NCBI GenBank assembly: GCA_047495785.1
Contig: JBLDXI010000020.1
Span: 62,001 to 126,000, forward strand
Direction: 5' to 3'
Length of the DNA stretch: 64,000 bases
Source of the DNA: Lepidodermella squamata
Lineage: Eukaryota > Animalia > Gastrotricha
The notes beneath the pieces were generated by a model that was not told where the DNA came from, made no database searches, and saw nothing but the letters and a program-made list of their open reading frames with translations. Made by a program: the position numbers and the translations under genes. Below, piece by piece: positions 13,701-26,900 of the stretch (position 1 is its first letter; each line of letters opens with the position of its first letter).

Positions 13701-16650
13701 TGTTTGCTTCGCAGTATTGTGCTAAAAGCTACCGCCTAAGAAAGACATGCCTGCACTGCTAACTCCAGAACAATAATATTATTGTCATGTTACCCCTATT
13801 CAATACGCGCTCACTTTTTGCAAAACATTATACAGCCCGGTGATGCCGATACGCAGAAATGTCGCATGCATTTACCGTTCATACATCGCTCGTTTGCTAA
13901 CATTCAAGTGTGACGCCCGCAGTTTATATATGGAAGCGCGCGCTCGAGCTATTTATCTTAGAATCGCCGTTAGCCGGGTACACCGCTCACAGGTCGTTAT
14001 GCAAAAATAAGCAGTCTCTTGCTCGAAAAGCTGGTGCCGCCCCCTGCAAATGGCTTGCGCTAAGGTATGCAAACAAGGTGCCTAAAAGAATGCTGGGAAA
14101 ACGAATAAAGCAGTATAGAATTTCTTCTTCAAGAATTTGCTGATATTCAGTGCATGAATGTAGAAATGAAGTATGTATTGACAACAGATTCAAGTTAAAT
14201 CGACAACAATTGTGAAAAAAATCGAATGATTGTAAAAGATAAAAATATAGCACCGCATGTTCTGCAATATTAATGGCTTTTCATTAATTTAAAATGGAAG
14301 TTATAAATGTTCCAAGTGGGCGGTGAAATGCGTAATTCGAAAGCTAATTAGTAAAGCATAGAAGGCTCAGAAATAGGGGTTTCACACATTTAGCCAGCAC
14401 ACGGATGTGAACGCTGCAATAAGGGGTAACGCGTATGAACCTTTTCGCGAGTGACGAGTTCAGTCTCAAGCTGAACAGTCTTGGCATCGAGCTCTTCCTT
14501 GACCTTGTCAAGATCATCCTTCATGCCAACCATTTTGTTCTTAAGAACATTAAGAACGCCAGACTGCGAGAACTTTTCACCTTTGCTCATTTTTAATTGG
14601 TTTAACTGAAGGAGAAAATCTAAACTGGCAAAGTCCCACAAACATATCAAACTTGATTCATAGCGGCTGCGTAATAACCCCAATACCAAACAAGAACCGA
14701 CAACGAGGCATATAAAAAAGATGTATACATCACTGAGATATATATGAGATGAAAATAAAAGAAGATCTATCACACCTTTTCACGATTAACGCGCTCTTCT
14801 TCCAGCTGCTGAGACTTGTGCTCCAACTCATCTTTAACTTTATCAAGCTCATCTTTCATGCCCAGCATCTTGTTTTTCAAAACGCCAAGCACTCCAGACT
14901 CAGGTTGTGAAAACTGACCCTTGCTCATTATAAAATTCCTAATACTTGTTTTTGTGGAGGTAAGAAAAAGAGCGAAAGTCAAGTTTAAAATATCAATGTG
15001 ATAACTCAAATCAACTAAGAAGATTCAACAAGGTTCCAAGAAGCCCATACGCACATTCAAAGAAAGCAGATGGCAGGTCAGAATAATGCGACAAGTGTAA
15101 TATGTAAGCTGCTGTCCGACAGTAAAATCTACCAACAGCAACAGCAACAGTAAGCGGTATATGATATACGATGTTAGCCGAAGGAACAATTAGCTGAATA
15201 AGCCATACAAAGTTCAACAACAAATATATATAGCAGTTTTGAGAAAAGAAAGAAGGCATTCTGGAATTAAACTGGGAACAAGTCGTCGGTTTAACAACTG
15301 ATAAACCTTTATATACCATCGCATAATAGCGCAATGTACTAGTCAATTTGCTTATGTCTAATTCTGCAAACATCCCAGGTGAGCTAAAAAGAAAAATACC
15401 GGAGCCGCAGACACTTGATACTAGGGATATTAGCTTTCAAATAAAAATAAAAAACTATTAATTGCGTTTCACTAATAAAATTTGAAACTGATAAAATTAT
15501 AAATAATATACTTATTTTCAAACGCATAGTTTTGTCGCATGCGAAACTTTTTCTGACAACGATCCAAGGCTTGCCCAAGGTGTTCGCGAGCACCACCGTT
15601 TAATGTCTCATTTCCTTTGTCTTGACATGCACCGCGATATTTGCATATATTTTCAGAGTATTCAGATTGTCAAGTCTCAGCGCTCTGCGCCTGCTAGACG
15701 CTAGATATCATTCAAACGGCCCCAAAATCGTCACGAATTCATGAAGCCTTTCCAGAGACGCAAACATTAAATGTGCTAAGACGAGGCAAAATGTTGGAGA
15801 ATTGGATATTGAGTTGCCATAGATGAAAAAGAATTTTATCATTTGAAATTTGAGACTGGAGAGGCTGATGTCGAGGTCGACGGCAGAAGACTAATGCGCA
15901 TGAAACTCAAGCAAACGTCTTCGCACTTCCACACTGATTCTCTAGAGTTTCTATGCAGTCATAGGCGCACAAGATCGTCAGATCATTTCAATCAGGTTAA
16001 AATTATTAAGTCTTATCACTAGCAAATCTTTTGCAAACTATTAACCCCTGCTGCCCGATGCTCTTTTGGCTGTCACTGCGAGACGCATAAGGTTGATCCT
16101 GGGTAAAATTGATTTAATAGCTTAACTAATTTGAATGGAAGCATTCTGAACTCAAGCGGAACGCAAGCTGTCATCTAATAAATTTGTTAATGATAAGAGG
16201 TGAATTACAAGCCTATGACACTTTCCTACAACTTATTCGTACACCGTGAAATAAATCGTGCTTTCGAAGTTCGAAAGCTGGGACCATAGTGTAATTTCAA
16301 GAGAACTTCTTCGAGTTGCTTACCTGTTGAAGCTTTTTGTCTGATTCTTCGAGCTTGGTGTTTGAATCCTCGAGCTTGGTTGCAGTTTGATCGAGTTCGT
16401 TTTCGAGTTGGGTGATTTTGCGCTGCAAGTTGGTGATTTCTTCGTCTTGCTATAAAAAGTGCTCCTTTAATTGTATCAGATTTCCAAAATGATAATCCTG
16501 TCATACCTTGTTGACCTTCTCCTCGCACTCTTTGAGTTTTACCTCCACCTGCTCAGCGCGATCCATCGCAGTCTCCTTCTCGCTTTTCATGGCCTGCATC
16601 TTTTTCTTGATGGCATCCATAGTGTTGCTGGCTCCTCCGGTATCACCCAT
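6749..16650 (-). CDS. TPM: Tropomyosin gene with extensive alternative exons
   Basis: Canonical [12 protein letters not shown] start (ATG 16620; in-frame upstream ATG 16650). Exons have canonical tropomyosin sizes (126/134/118/71/76/63/70/83 nt) and GT-AG ends. C-terminus ...[12 protein letters not shown]. Confidence 0.97.
6902..7013 (-). promoter_or_regulatory. Cluster of five (U)GCAUG motifs upstream of the muscle-type terminal exon
   Basis: Plus-strand CATGC at 6902, 6928, 6982, 6996, 7009; three are full UGCAUG. Confidence 0.6.
8481..9381 (-). CDS. TPM: Tropomyosin exon 8 triplet: 9381-9312, 8917-8848, 8550-8481 (70 nt each)
   Basis: [23 protein letters not shown] / [23 protein letters not shown] / [23 protein letters not shown]. 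Confidence 0.9.
9202..9303 (-). promoter_or_regulatory. Cluster of six (U)GCAUG Rbfox-type motifs just downstream of tropomyosin exon 8a
   Basis: Plus-strand CATGC at 9202, 9209, 9220, 9257, 9283, 9299. Confidence 0.7.
9528..9590 (-). CDS. TPM: Tropomyosin exon 7 (single copy found, 63 nt)
   Basis: [21 protein letters not shown]. Confidence 0.93.
9783..10498 (-). CDS. TPM: Tropomyosin exon 6 triplet: 10498-10423, 10139-10064, 9858-9783 (76 nt each)
   Basis: [25 protein letters not shown] / [25 protein letters not shown] / [25 protein letters not shown]. Confidence 0.92.
10754..11419 (-). CDS. TPM: Tropomyosin exon 5 triplet: 11419-11349, 11147-11077, 10824-10754 (71 nt each)
   Basis: [23 protein letters not shown] / [23 protein letters not shown] / [23 protein letters not shown]. 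Confidence 0.92.
11850..12511 (-). CDS. TPM: Tropomyosin exon 4 triplet: 12511-12394, 12274-12157, 11967-11850 (118 nt each)
   Basis: [39 protein letters not shown] / [39 protein letters not shown] / [39 protein letters not shown]; all flanked by AG..GT. Confidence 0.92.
12668..12801 (-). CDS. TPM: Tropomyosin exon 3 (single copy, 134 nt)
   Basis: [45 protein letters not shown]. Confidence 0.95.
13109..13118. promoter_or_regulatory. CArG box (SRF site) in a tropomyosin intron
   Basis: CCATAAATGG matches CC(A/T)6GG, with a CAGCTG E-box ~20 nt away; a single short motif. Confidence 0.3.
14441..14590 (-). CDS. TPM: Tropomyosin alternative first exon 1b, copy 2
   Basis: [50 protein letters not shown]|gt; paralogous to copy 1. 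Confidence 0.9.
14776..14928 (-). CDS. TPM: Tropomyosin alternative first exon 1b, copy 1 (short isoform)
   Basis: [51 protein letters not shown]|gt; phase 0 into exon 3. Confidence 0.9.
16324..16650 (-). CDS. TPM: Tropomyosin exons 1a (16650/16620-16507) and 2 (16449-16324), long-isoform N-terminus
   Basis: [48 protein letters not shown] | [42 protein letters not shown]; 57-nt intron. Confidence 0.95.
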
Positions 16651-19241
16651 GGTTGATTTTGGATTCTACTTAAAGCGACTAAAAATACATCAGAAGATTG
16701 AAAAACGAATAGCAAAATGTTTGTTCCACTGGATTTGTATGAGCATTGTCTCCGCGGTAATCAGTTTCAAAACATAAGAATGGCTGCACATTGCATTTCG
16801 CGAAAATCAGAACATTTTGCGAGGTGACGATACATATAGGCGCACGTTGCTTGGGAAAAGCGATTAACACAATAATGTTAAGAAGCAAATAAGTGAAACT
16901 GTAAGTTGAACTATTTTTAATATAATGAAACATTAGGTATTGATTTCGGGCCGCGCAGTTATTGTGGACATGAAAGGCAACAAGTTATATCTGCTCCGAC
17001 AAGAATGAGCGGGTACCTTTCTATCTTTCCAGATAAAACGTACATACCGATGGTTGAAGGCTTGCAGCCTGCTATAGCGGAATTATTACAGTTCCATAAA
17101 TAAAACTACCATGGCATCGTTGGTAGGTATAATATAAATAACATCAGCCGAGTGCTGACTGCTAGCTGTTGCTCATGTTATTTCTTCTGCTGCTGGTATT
17201 CGTTAAATATCGAACAGGCCAAAAATGAGCGATCGCAGAATCCACAGATACACTCGCGGAACGACTTCGTTGTATATACAGGCGAATATAATGGGCGCGC
17301 ATCTCATAAGCGTACGCGTAATCGCAGGTTTTGATCGCGAAAGCGCTTTTCGCCTCCGAGTCAGATCGGCGATCTATTTCTCTTTCGCTTGTTTACCTCA
17401 ATGCGCCATAGCGCCGTGTTACGTAGATTCAGCTCCAATCTCTCCCAGCAGCCAACCTCACTGGTAATAACAAGGCAGCTGCTGAAAAAGGAGGCATCAA
17501 ACCTGCGCCCGGCGTGCAAAACATTTACTCCTTCCGCGCAGCGTGAACTCATGCATTTTATAACGCTCAGCGCATCGGTACAGCAGGCCACATTGATGGC
17601 GATTCGCATGCCGTCCGCTCGTCTTCGGCGGGCGGCGTTGCCATATCAGTAGTGATTAATCGGCATCGCCGTAAATCTCGAGCTATATCCATAGGGATGA
17701 GCAAGGTAAATCGGAGAGCGTGTCTTCCAGATTATTCAAGACCATGCGCCGCGATAATAAATAAGGCCTCGCGATCATACGCTTCTTGCGAGGTACTGCC
17801 TAGTTCGAAACATATTATTACATTACCGCAATTAAAGTAAGGAAGCTGCATTTCGGACTATCTCTATAAACACACGTGCATGCCTTTCGCCGGCCCCAGG
17901 ATAGGAAGATATAAAGTTAGTGTCATCTCCGATAGCACCGAGTATTGATTCTCATGAGCTCTTGCACAGCGTTGCTTTGCTGCCCAAATTGCTGGTAAAC
18001 GTGTCTGGTAGAACGTGCGCCCATTGCAATATCTACGCTATCACTGCGAATTGCCCGCTGCATATGCGGCTTCTCATTTATAGGCGCTGCAGCAACGGTT
18101 CCGCGGAACACGCAGCGGCGTGTTTTGCTCTACCAGTTAATTTAGCGGCCGCTCGAATAATACGATCGTGTACCCGAAGCTGTATTATTGCGATCGCGCC
18201 GAATCAGAGGTGTGTAACTTTAGCTCCGAAGGCGAATCGCCCGCGCTTCGGCGCATGCTGCTTATTGGGCGCATTGATGAGCAACGCACTTCGGCGCAAA
18301 ATAACATGTTGGCTGCTGTTGTATTTTCGAACCTAAATCGGCAGCACCTCGCCCGCCACTGTCAATAATACGAAGCCACATCGAAAAGAACCCGAGTTTT
18401 TCTCTGTAGCTGCATTAGCCGACGGCCGCTCGTAAAGAACAACGCAGGAGTATTTGTTGTTAGCCGTAACTCGGCATATGTATCAAAGAACTTCCGAGTC
18501 CGAAACGATAGTCAGGGGTAATCTCGACCTCGATCTCCGCATCAGATTAGCCCAGAAAAAAGCCAAAGCTACTTAACGTTTAATGAGAAAAACTACTTTC
18601 AAAAGCTCAGGTGCGATGATAACATTGGAAGTCTGCTGCGAAGAAACCCGGAATGATGACTTTGAAAACGAGAAAATTGTGGCACGTCGATGGCGTGGCC
18701 TTGCATCTAAAAATTCGGGTTATCCATTACAGGTGCAACAGCGTAGGTAGGTTTTCAGAAAGTCACAAACCAACGCAAAATATTCCGCTTTTTGACCACG
18801 TTGGAGTCAAGAGGCGACAGCACAATCACACTCGCATATAATTTGCGGCAAAAAACGCATTTGCATTAGTCAATTTTATTATGTAACAATTTTTACAATG
18901 TATTAATGCTGCTATATAAAACAACGCTCGTGCTGAGAGACCAGTGCGCTGACATTCCAGTGAACAATTTGATAACAAAAATGACTCGAGTATCGGCGGC
19001 TGAAAAAATGCGCTGCCGTAAAAATATTGTTGATCACCACAACCAAGTTACATTTATTGTGTTCTCTTGCTCGCTAACCGACAAAAAGTGATATAATAAA
19101 TAGGAACAGAACCGGTGAAAAATAAGTCGCCACATTTCACACAATTATTTAACATTATAGCTTTCCAGCACCAGTCATCAAGCACAAAAATAAAATGGAT
19201 TCAAGTAAAAAATAAATGCACCTATGGGCGGGCATTACGAC

Positions 19242-20546
19242 TTAGACACTCAATGCGTTCGAATTCCTCAGCTTTGCCAAAGCGTGGTTCGAAACGTGTG
19301 ACTTTGACTTGCGGCCGACGACTTTGAGCGCTCCTCCGAACAACGCGTCCATGAATTCATGACAATTTATTGTTACTGAAAAAAAGAAACCGCACATTTG
19401 AAGTGGTCTAATGGCAAAAACCGCATTACTACCTGGAGAAATATCTGTTAGACTATTGAAAGCTAGAACAGCGGAACTGGCGTCTTTGGCAGTGAGAATT
19501 CTATTCCGCTGCAGATGTATTAAATTTAGGGCGGCCCCGAACAGCACTTTCGGCCCGTCGAAAAGCAAGCAGTCCCAGATGCGAAGAGTGGTTTCACTCG
19601 GAAGGCAGTTAGCGAAGGCAGTTACCATCCACCTTGAGGCAACTGCACCAAGTGGCAATGCGTGCCGTCTCAAACAGATGGCGAGTTGCTGATCTCGTTC
19701 TTCCACAAGTGACCCAAGCACTGCGAGGTCAGACAACAAACCAGCCATTTTCGGTGAAAAGTAATCGCGTAAAATATTTCGTGTAAAAATAACTAGCAGG
19801 AAGAACACATCCTCCTCAAAGCTGGTATCCTAAATCAACAGGTGATAAATTTAAACTTCTCTATATGCAATTGGTAATAATTACTATGGACAGTTGATCA
19901 ATCTTTGACCTCGATACGAGAGGATTTTCACGGAGGAATTTGGCCCGAGAAAACGTCACCAGCAGCATTCCAGTGATGAGATTCATGCCTTGACAATACC
20001 CTATGTCTTCCATGTAGCGTGCTGAAGCAAATAGTATCCTGCGCAGCGAATCGAACCCTGTTCGCTGAAAGAACTCATTATCGGGATAAGTTCTGGCTAG
20101 ATCGCAAGAAATTTGATGCTCCTAAAATAAAACGTTAGCTATGTACAATTAAGGCCAGCCTTCAAGATACCGTGGCTTGAGGAAGCGGCGCTGCGTCTTC
20201 GGCAATCAAACGTTCGTACAGACCGGGATTCTCCATCTTCAACTTGGCTGCTCCAGAGACCGCCATCCATATTTCAGGACGCCGATTTTGAGGCACGCCT
20301 AGTGACATAAACTGTGGCAATAGAGGGCAACAAGGAAAAAATATTCATGCGAATACCTTTTTGAATGAAACGCTGCAAAACTCGAGATCGTTCAATGGTA
20401 AGAACTGGAGTGAATAGCGAGCTAGGAAACCTGTCCCATCTTACCGCTCGCCTCTTCAAAATCGCATCGTAATTTTCATGCCACGTTGAATACATATCTG
20501 CGAAGTTTCCAGAGATCGGAAATCCATAATCGTCAAATAGAGACAT
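19242..20546 (-). CDS. GRTP1: TBC-domain Rab-GAP, GRTP1/TBC1D6-like (multi-exon)
   Basis: N-terminus DDYGFP...LKRRAVRW...RFIQKG|VPQNRRPEIWMAVSGA; catalytic fingers ISCDLART and YCQGMN; TLRIWDCLLFDGPKVLF. Confidence 0.88.
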
Positions 20547-23500
20547 TAAAAATAAATAAGCCTATCAAATCAATTGAGAAATCTATTTCGAAGCAAAATA
20601 ATAATCAGATGTTGGGGAATTCGCTTTCCTTAAAAATACGCTCTTAAACTAGCTCTTAACTCTGTCATAGGTCATAGCTGTTCACATAAGATTAGTGCTC
20701 AACTGTTTGCATCAATAAATTGTGGAAAATAAGTGCGGTTGGCTATACAACTGTCAGGAAATAGCGGCTCTCGCTTATATTCATGTATATCTCGCTACTA
20801 CTGAGTTTTCTCATCAAATTTAGGCGCACAGAACGGCAAGCAACTGACAAATCAATAATATAGCCGCTACGAAAAGAGAATGAAACCCCAGAATACAAAC
20901 ACAGCGCGTAACACAGCCGAAATGGAGAGAAATAGTAATATTTTCCATGACAGCATTCGGCATTGTCAGCTGTATAAACAGGAGGCATCCTCAGGGAAAT
21001 TAGTGTTATCACTACTCCGTCCCCCGTCTACATTTCATCATGCAATACGACTGAAAACAAAATATAAACGACTATTTAAATGGCGCATATATAGGGAGCA
21101 TCGGGCGAAGTTGTTTAAAGGTTAAAAAATAATATGTAGCAAGTAATTGCTATACAATTTGGTTACGACCCAAATTCAATAGCCTAAGAACTATCAGAAG
21201 TTTTTCAACATTGGTTAGGTCTAGTGCAGTAAATTGTTCTCAAAGCATTATTTGAATAGGGTGGGAGCGAACAAATGTTCCCTATCGAATATCGAATGAT
21301 TGACATTTCAGATGCTTCCGTGTGAAACTGATGATACATAAGACCTGCAGTGTATATTTTTCGAAGAGCTTGCTTGAAGTTTCCACGGTTCATTTTCAGA
21401 AGTTGTTAAAAACAATCAGCATCAAAGATTGCATTGATTGATACAGGATATGTGTCAAAGAAGTGGAATAGAATTGTACAGATTGGAAAAAGACTACAAA
21501 AACATCATGCCGTGGGAATTTAAAATAATCTTTATTCTTTACTGTGCTATCATGACAGATGACATTACCAATATCGTTACGCGCTTAAACGACGTGCGCA
21601 ATGCAGCAGGGACAAAAAACTGTTCTCATTTGTTGTTCCCGAAAAACCTAAATTCAATCGGTGGATAAATTGATAATTCTAGTTTTGATACGCTACCAAT
21701 AAAAGTAACTATATTCATGCTACCAAAATAAAAATTAGAGTTTTAGCTATTTGCTGAGTTGTCCGATTTTCGGAAGAGCAAAAATTGAATATGGGCCCCT
21801 TCTGGCGCTACATGTAGTATAAGTAATATTCCTTTACCTTTAACCTAAGCCTTAGACTAGACGGCGCGCAGTGGTCGGCGAGCTCAGCTCCTTCTGTATG
21901 CCACCGAATATAGCGGTGAGAAATCCATGTGACATGGGAGTACATGTGAGAAAATGGACCTCGCGAAAATATTATTCGCGACATTTTTTGCATCGCGAAG
22001 ATATTGGAATCGCGAAAATTTTACACAAGCCAACACTTCTTCACTGGGCAAATCATCAAGTTCCTCAGAAGACGGATGATGTAGAGCAACCGTCGCAAAT
22101 TACCATGGCATCTTTCTTGTTTTACCAACACCTCGGCGAAAAGTACGAGGAATGCGGCTATGAAGCCAGGTTTTGATTTTCGAAAGATCACTTTTGTTCG
22201 TCGCGAAAATTTCGCTCGCCGCTCTTTTAGGCCTTCACGAAAATTTCACGTATACAGTATAACGCGACCGTGATCAAATACTTGGAGATTAGTGTTCATG
22301 AAGTGGCTGCTGAATTCTGAATGAAGACCCTGAATTCTACATTTCGGTACTCGTGTACAATTTGAAGTGCAGTCAGTGATCATTAAGTCATCCAAGTATC
22401 ACACTTCGAGGAAGCTTCATTTCTCATTGCTGAATCTAATCCACCCCTTTCCTTACGCCTTAAGCCAGACCTGAACCTAACCAAAGCTATCCATTAATAG
22501 ATCCATCGCAGATGTGTGACATTGCCGATGTCAAGAAATGCATGATCGAAGAAAATGTGAAAGCATTTCTTTCGTGAGGACACGGCAGCCGGTGGTTACC
22601 AACGAAACTGGAAAGCTGGAGTAGGAACTAGACAGCAAAAACTCGCACCGCACCGTCTCAATCGCAGCAGCAGAGTGTAAAATCAAAAGTACCATTTTCA
22701 AGGCGATTGCTTCTAGACACGTGATTACATCTCGACACAACAATTGAAAAAACTCGTGAAAAAAATTGAAAATTTCGGCCGCCTAAATTAAAAAATAAAA
22801 ATAAATAAATTTTAAGCTTTTTTCAAATTTTTTTTTTTAATTCTATAATTTTTCATTCCTCAAAACTCCGACCTCGATTATTGCGTGAAGATTCGATTGT
22901 TGATGGTTTGTCTGTCAGTTGCTACCATTCTGCGGGGTTTTGCATGAGTTTCGCAAGTTTTCAGAGTTGAGAGAACCTAGTGATTAGTCATGTAGCAACT
23001 AAATTTTTACGAAATATCTCTTTATTTTTCCTAAACAATTGGTAAAATCAGATAGCTGAGATCATAAGCTAGCTGATAGTATACTTTTCATCGTAATATC
23101 TCATACTAAGGTCCCGCTTCTGGCTGCTGGATTCTACAACGGCTGTTAATATTTAACCCATCTGAATTTAATAACTTGATTGAAGCCGTTGATAACTTCA
23201 TTTGAGAAAATGCAAAACTAATTTGACATGCCCGCAAAAATGGTCTCGAAAACCCCAGAAAATCGGTGGCGAGAATTTAAAGATATCAATATTTAAAAGT
23301 AAATATTGTTGGAATTATGCCAGTGGCAAACAGAGCCAATAGCCAGTGGTTTTTATTGCCAAGGTTTATAATTTTACTTATACTTATTACTTTTGATAGC
23401 TAGGAACATGTTCGCAGTAGAAATTGTGTCGGAAAAGGATCAATGTTACAAACATCTCCAAATCTAAACTGAATTAAAAAATGTTCTTATTTGACAATGT

Positions 23501-23903
23501 GAACTCTTTGGAAATAATAACATCTCCTATGGTAATTCTCACTAACCTATACACCTTAATGATAAATTACAAAGGTACGCTTTTAAGCCGCATTCGTCGC
23601 GAATATGATCCATGTCCCAAAAATTGTGATTTTGTTGTCAAATGTTTTCCAGGAAACTATTGATGCATGGATGCATGTCAGCTAGTTTTCCAAACTAAAA
23701 GTGCAAAAGATGAGTTAAACTTGGAACGATGCTTGACTTAGAAAGAACCCCTGGAAAGATGGAAAGAAGAAAGCTAGTTGGGTCATTCTTTGCCAAAAAT
23801 TGCATTCAGTAGTTTAGGGGACTATACGACAGCCACAACAGAAAGAACGGAATGAGCGGAAAGAAGAAATAATTGTTATTCATTGTTTTTCATTGTATAG
23901 ATC

Positions 23904-26900
23904 ATGCCGATTAAAGTATTTATGGTAATACCAGATGATTCCGTACGAGGAGTCTTACAAGAGCGATGGAAACAAGCAGAAGAATCACTAACACAGGCTG
24001 GCGAAGGTTTCTCAATTGTCCGTATCTCCTGCGTTGATGTTTTGAAACTGGGCAAAACCACTTCATACTCTCATGAACACATTTTTGTTCTCTCACAATT
24101 TGAGGGTAGAGCATTTGATCACCTCGTTTCACTCGGTTGCAGAGTCTACGGGGCTCCTTGCGTTCTCCAATGTCTCGATAAACGTCGGTCGCTACCTAGG
24201 AGAACGCCAATTTATGCGCTCATTCTACCCGAGATTGTAGTTTGCTGTTCGGGTCTCGAGAGAGACTTGCGCGATCGCATTTTCAAATACGTTCATTGGC
24301 TTGGCGGTGATCACAAATTGGATCTAACTGCCGATGTTACTCATCTAATTACGAATAAGGTTGGCAGTGCCAAATATTCAGCCTTCATACGGTTGAACAA
24401 ACCAATAGTGTCGTCTGTTTGGATCGAAGAATTATGGCATTTATCAGAATCTCAGTACCCTATTCCGGAAGCTACGATTCAGAAAACGATATCCAATGCT
24501 GCTTTGCCGGCTTTCGCGGGACTTGTTGTATGCTCATCTGGATTTCGCGACGAGGAGAGGAAGTTTTTCAAAATGAGCGTCGAGAAGCACGGCGGAGTAT
24601 TTAGTGGCCAACTGAGGCAAAACGAATGTACTCATTTGATTGTTCGAGAGCTATTTGGTGACAAATACGACGCTGCTTGTCAATGGGGAAACATTAAAAT
24701 TGTCGCACCTGCTTGGCTATTTGATTCAGTGCATGCCGGTTGTTGTCTGCCCGAGGAAAATTATGTTTATTATGGCCCACGAAATGCAAAGCCTGGAGAA
24801 GTTGCCGCCACTCAAGCAGCTGAAATTCTCGAAACAACGAAAGCTAATGGCGAATTTAAGGAAATGCAATCGAGAGCAGTAGTTACCTCATTCATGAATA
24901 ACTGCTCTATTTACATACACAACTTGCCATCTCCGTTGTCTGAAGAGCTTAGAAAAATGATCATATCTGCTGGGGGAATGTGCGTTGCCGAGCCTCTTGA
25001 CATGGTTACCCACGTTGTTGCTACAGAACATGACATGAATGAAGCTTATGCAATAGTTAGCAATCATTGCTCGTTGGCTCACGTTGTCACTGCTGACTGG
25101 GTTCGATTTTCTTATGCTGCCCAGAAGATCGTAGCCGAGGCAAATTTCGAGCCAACAGTGAAAAAATCGGCATTGAACGCTACGTTTGATGATGAAAAGA
25201 CCAACTGCACAATAGTTTTGGCAGAAAACACTTTCCATTTAAATGAAGAAAAAGCTACTGAACCAGTTGTGAAATCCGCAGCTGACGTGAAATCGCTCGA
25301 TCCTCGAAAAATAGGTTTAGATGGCTTCAAAGTCAAGAGCGAGCGTAACTCCGAAGTGTTCAATATCTTGAAGAGAATTGACTGTGAACTGATTCACGTG
25401 GCACCCACCACCCCTTCGAGTGCTATCGATCTGATGATCGTGCCTTTCGGCCAGGCTCCGTCGCCGTCAGCTGAGCGTTTGATCCAAAGTGGCGTCCCGG
25501 CAGTAAATACATTGTTTCTCGAGGTGCTCAAAATGGGTCTCGATCGATACGCAAAAATGCATAAGCACAATTCTTCTAGCCAGCCAATTCGAAAATTGAT
25601 TCCTGATTTGGATGAACAGCTCGGAAATCCTTTCGTGAAAATTCTGAATCCGGTAGTTGCGTGCTTGGAAAGCTGTTGCATTACTTTGACTGGATTTGAT
25701 CAACCCGATCGTACTTTCCTAGTTCGATTGGTCATCGCGCTCGGGGCAGCTCATCAAGAACTGTTCGCCAGGTCAGCAACAAGTGCCAATTCAATGCAGC
25801 TACAGCGATCAACTCATTTGATCGGCGCGAAGGCTAGTGGTGAAAAATATGAAAAGGCCAGACAATGGCAAGTTCCCGTTTTGCAATCAGCGTGGTTATT
25901 GGAGTGCTGGAAAACGGGAAAACGTGCCAACGAGGTCGAATATCTGCTGCAGCCTGCATTAAACACGACCTTGAACGAAACAAAATTCACTGCTGATAGA
26001 TCTGTTCTCAATGCTACCAAGGTCATGGAAAACGAAAGCAATTTATCGAGAACTAATCCTCTCGGTTCGCCTCCCTTTGTTTCAGCGCCGAAAACCCCCA
26101 TTACACCAGGAGCGGAGGAGAAATCTTCAATAAGCCGTCGGTTAGATGCAATCTTGGCGGCTTCTAAATCTGGCGATGGAAGTGCAATAGCTAGCAGAAT
26201 TCGACAGAATTGTCGCCCTTCTCCAGTAAAAACACCAAAAACTCCGTCCCTGCATCACGAACATGCGAATTTTGTAGCGCCGAGTAGACCTCTGGTCAAC
26301 TACGGCGTGGAAGCGTCACAATCTCTGCAGGTTATGTGGGGTGAAGACGGAGCATCGAGCAAATTTTCCATCGGCTACGAGCGTATAGACGAAGAGCCGT
26401 CATCTGGACCAGTGCGGCTCAAAAGTTTAACTTTGGTTGAAGATGCTATGTCGAGTCCGAATACCAGCTTGGTAAACAATTGTGACACCTCAGGCCATCC
26501 GAAATGTAGCCCATTGTTGAATTCTAATGGAAACAGCAACAGCGAACCAATGCCAATAAGGGCACCCGATGCTGTTGTGGTGCGCAGCGCAACCTCATTT
26601 CCTATTGATCGGAGACATTGTGCCAATAATGCAAATTTGGAGGCCAGCATGACTGGAAATTCGCGTTCACCGCCTGTTTTCCAGTTCACGGGATTGACTC
26701 CGTCAGAGCGAGACGACGCTGCTGCTTTGTTCGAGCGGCTTGGTGCTAAAGTTGTCGCCACGCAAATAACGTCAATGACAGAAGGCCACATGGCGACCAG
26801 TCTAACCGACTCGCCTATAGAGGCATCGTGTACTCATCTGATTGTTGCCGAGCCGAGTAGAACGCAAAAGTTTCTCTCGGGAATAGCAAGTGGAAAGTGG

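Noticed and set aside
17100-18500. ORFs in the GC-richer stretch upstream of tropomyosin
   Set aside because: No recognisable protein; more likely promoter/5' regulatory DNA.
21200-21700. hAT-like transposase relic (LIQDMCQR..WN)
   Set aside because: One weak, frameshifted motif; not enough support.
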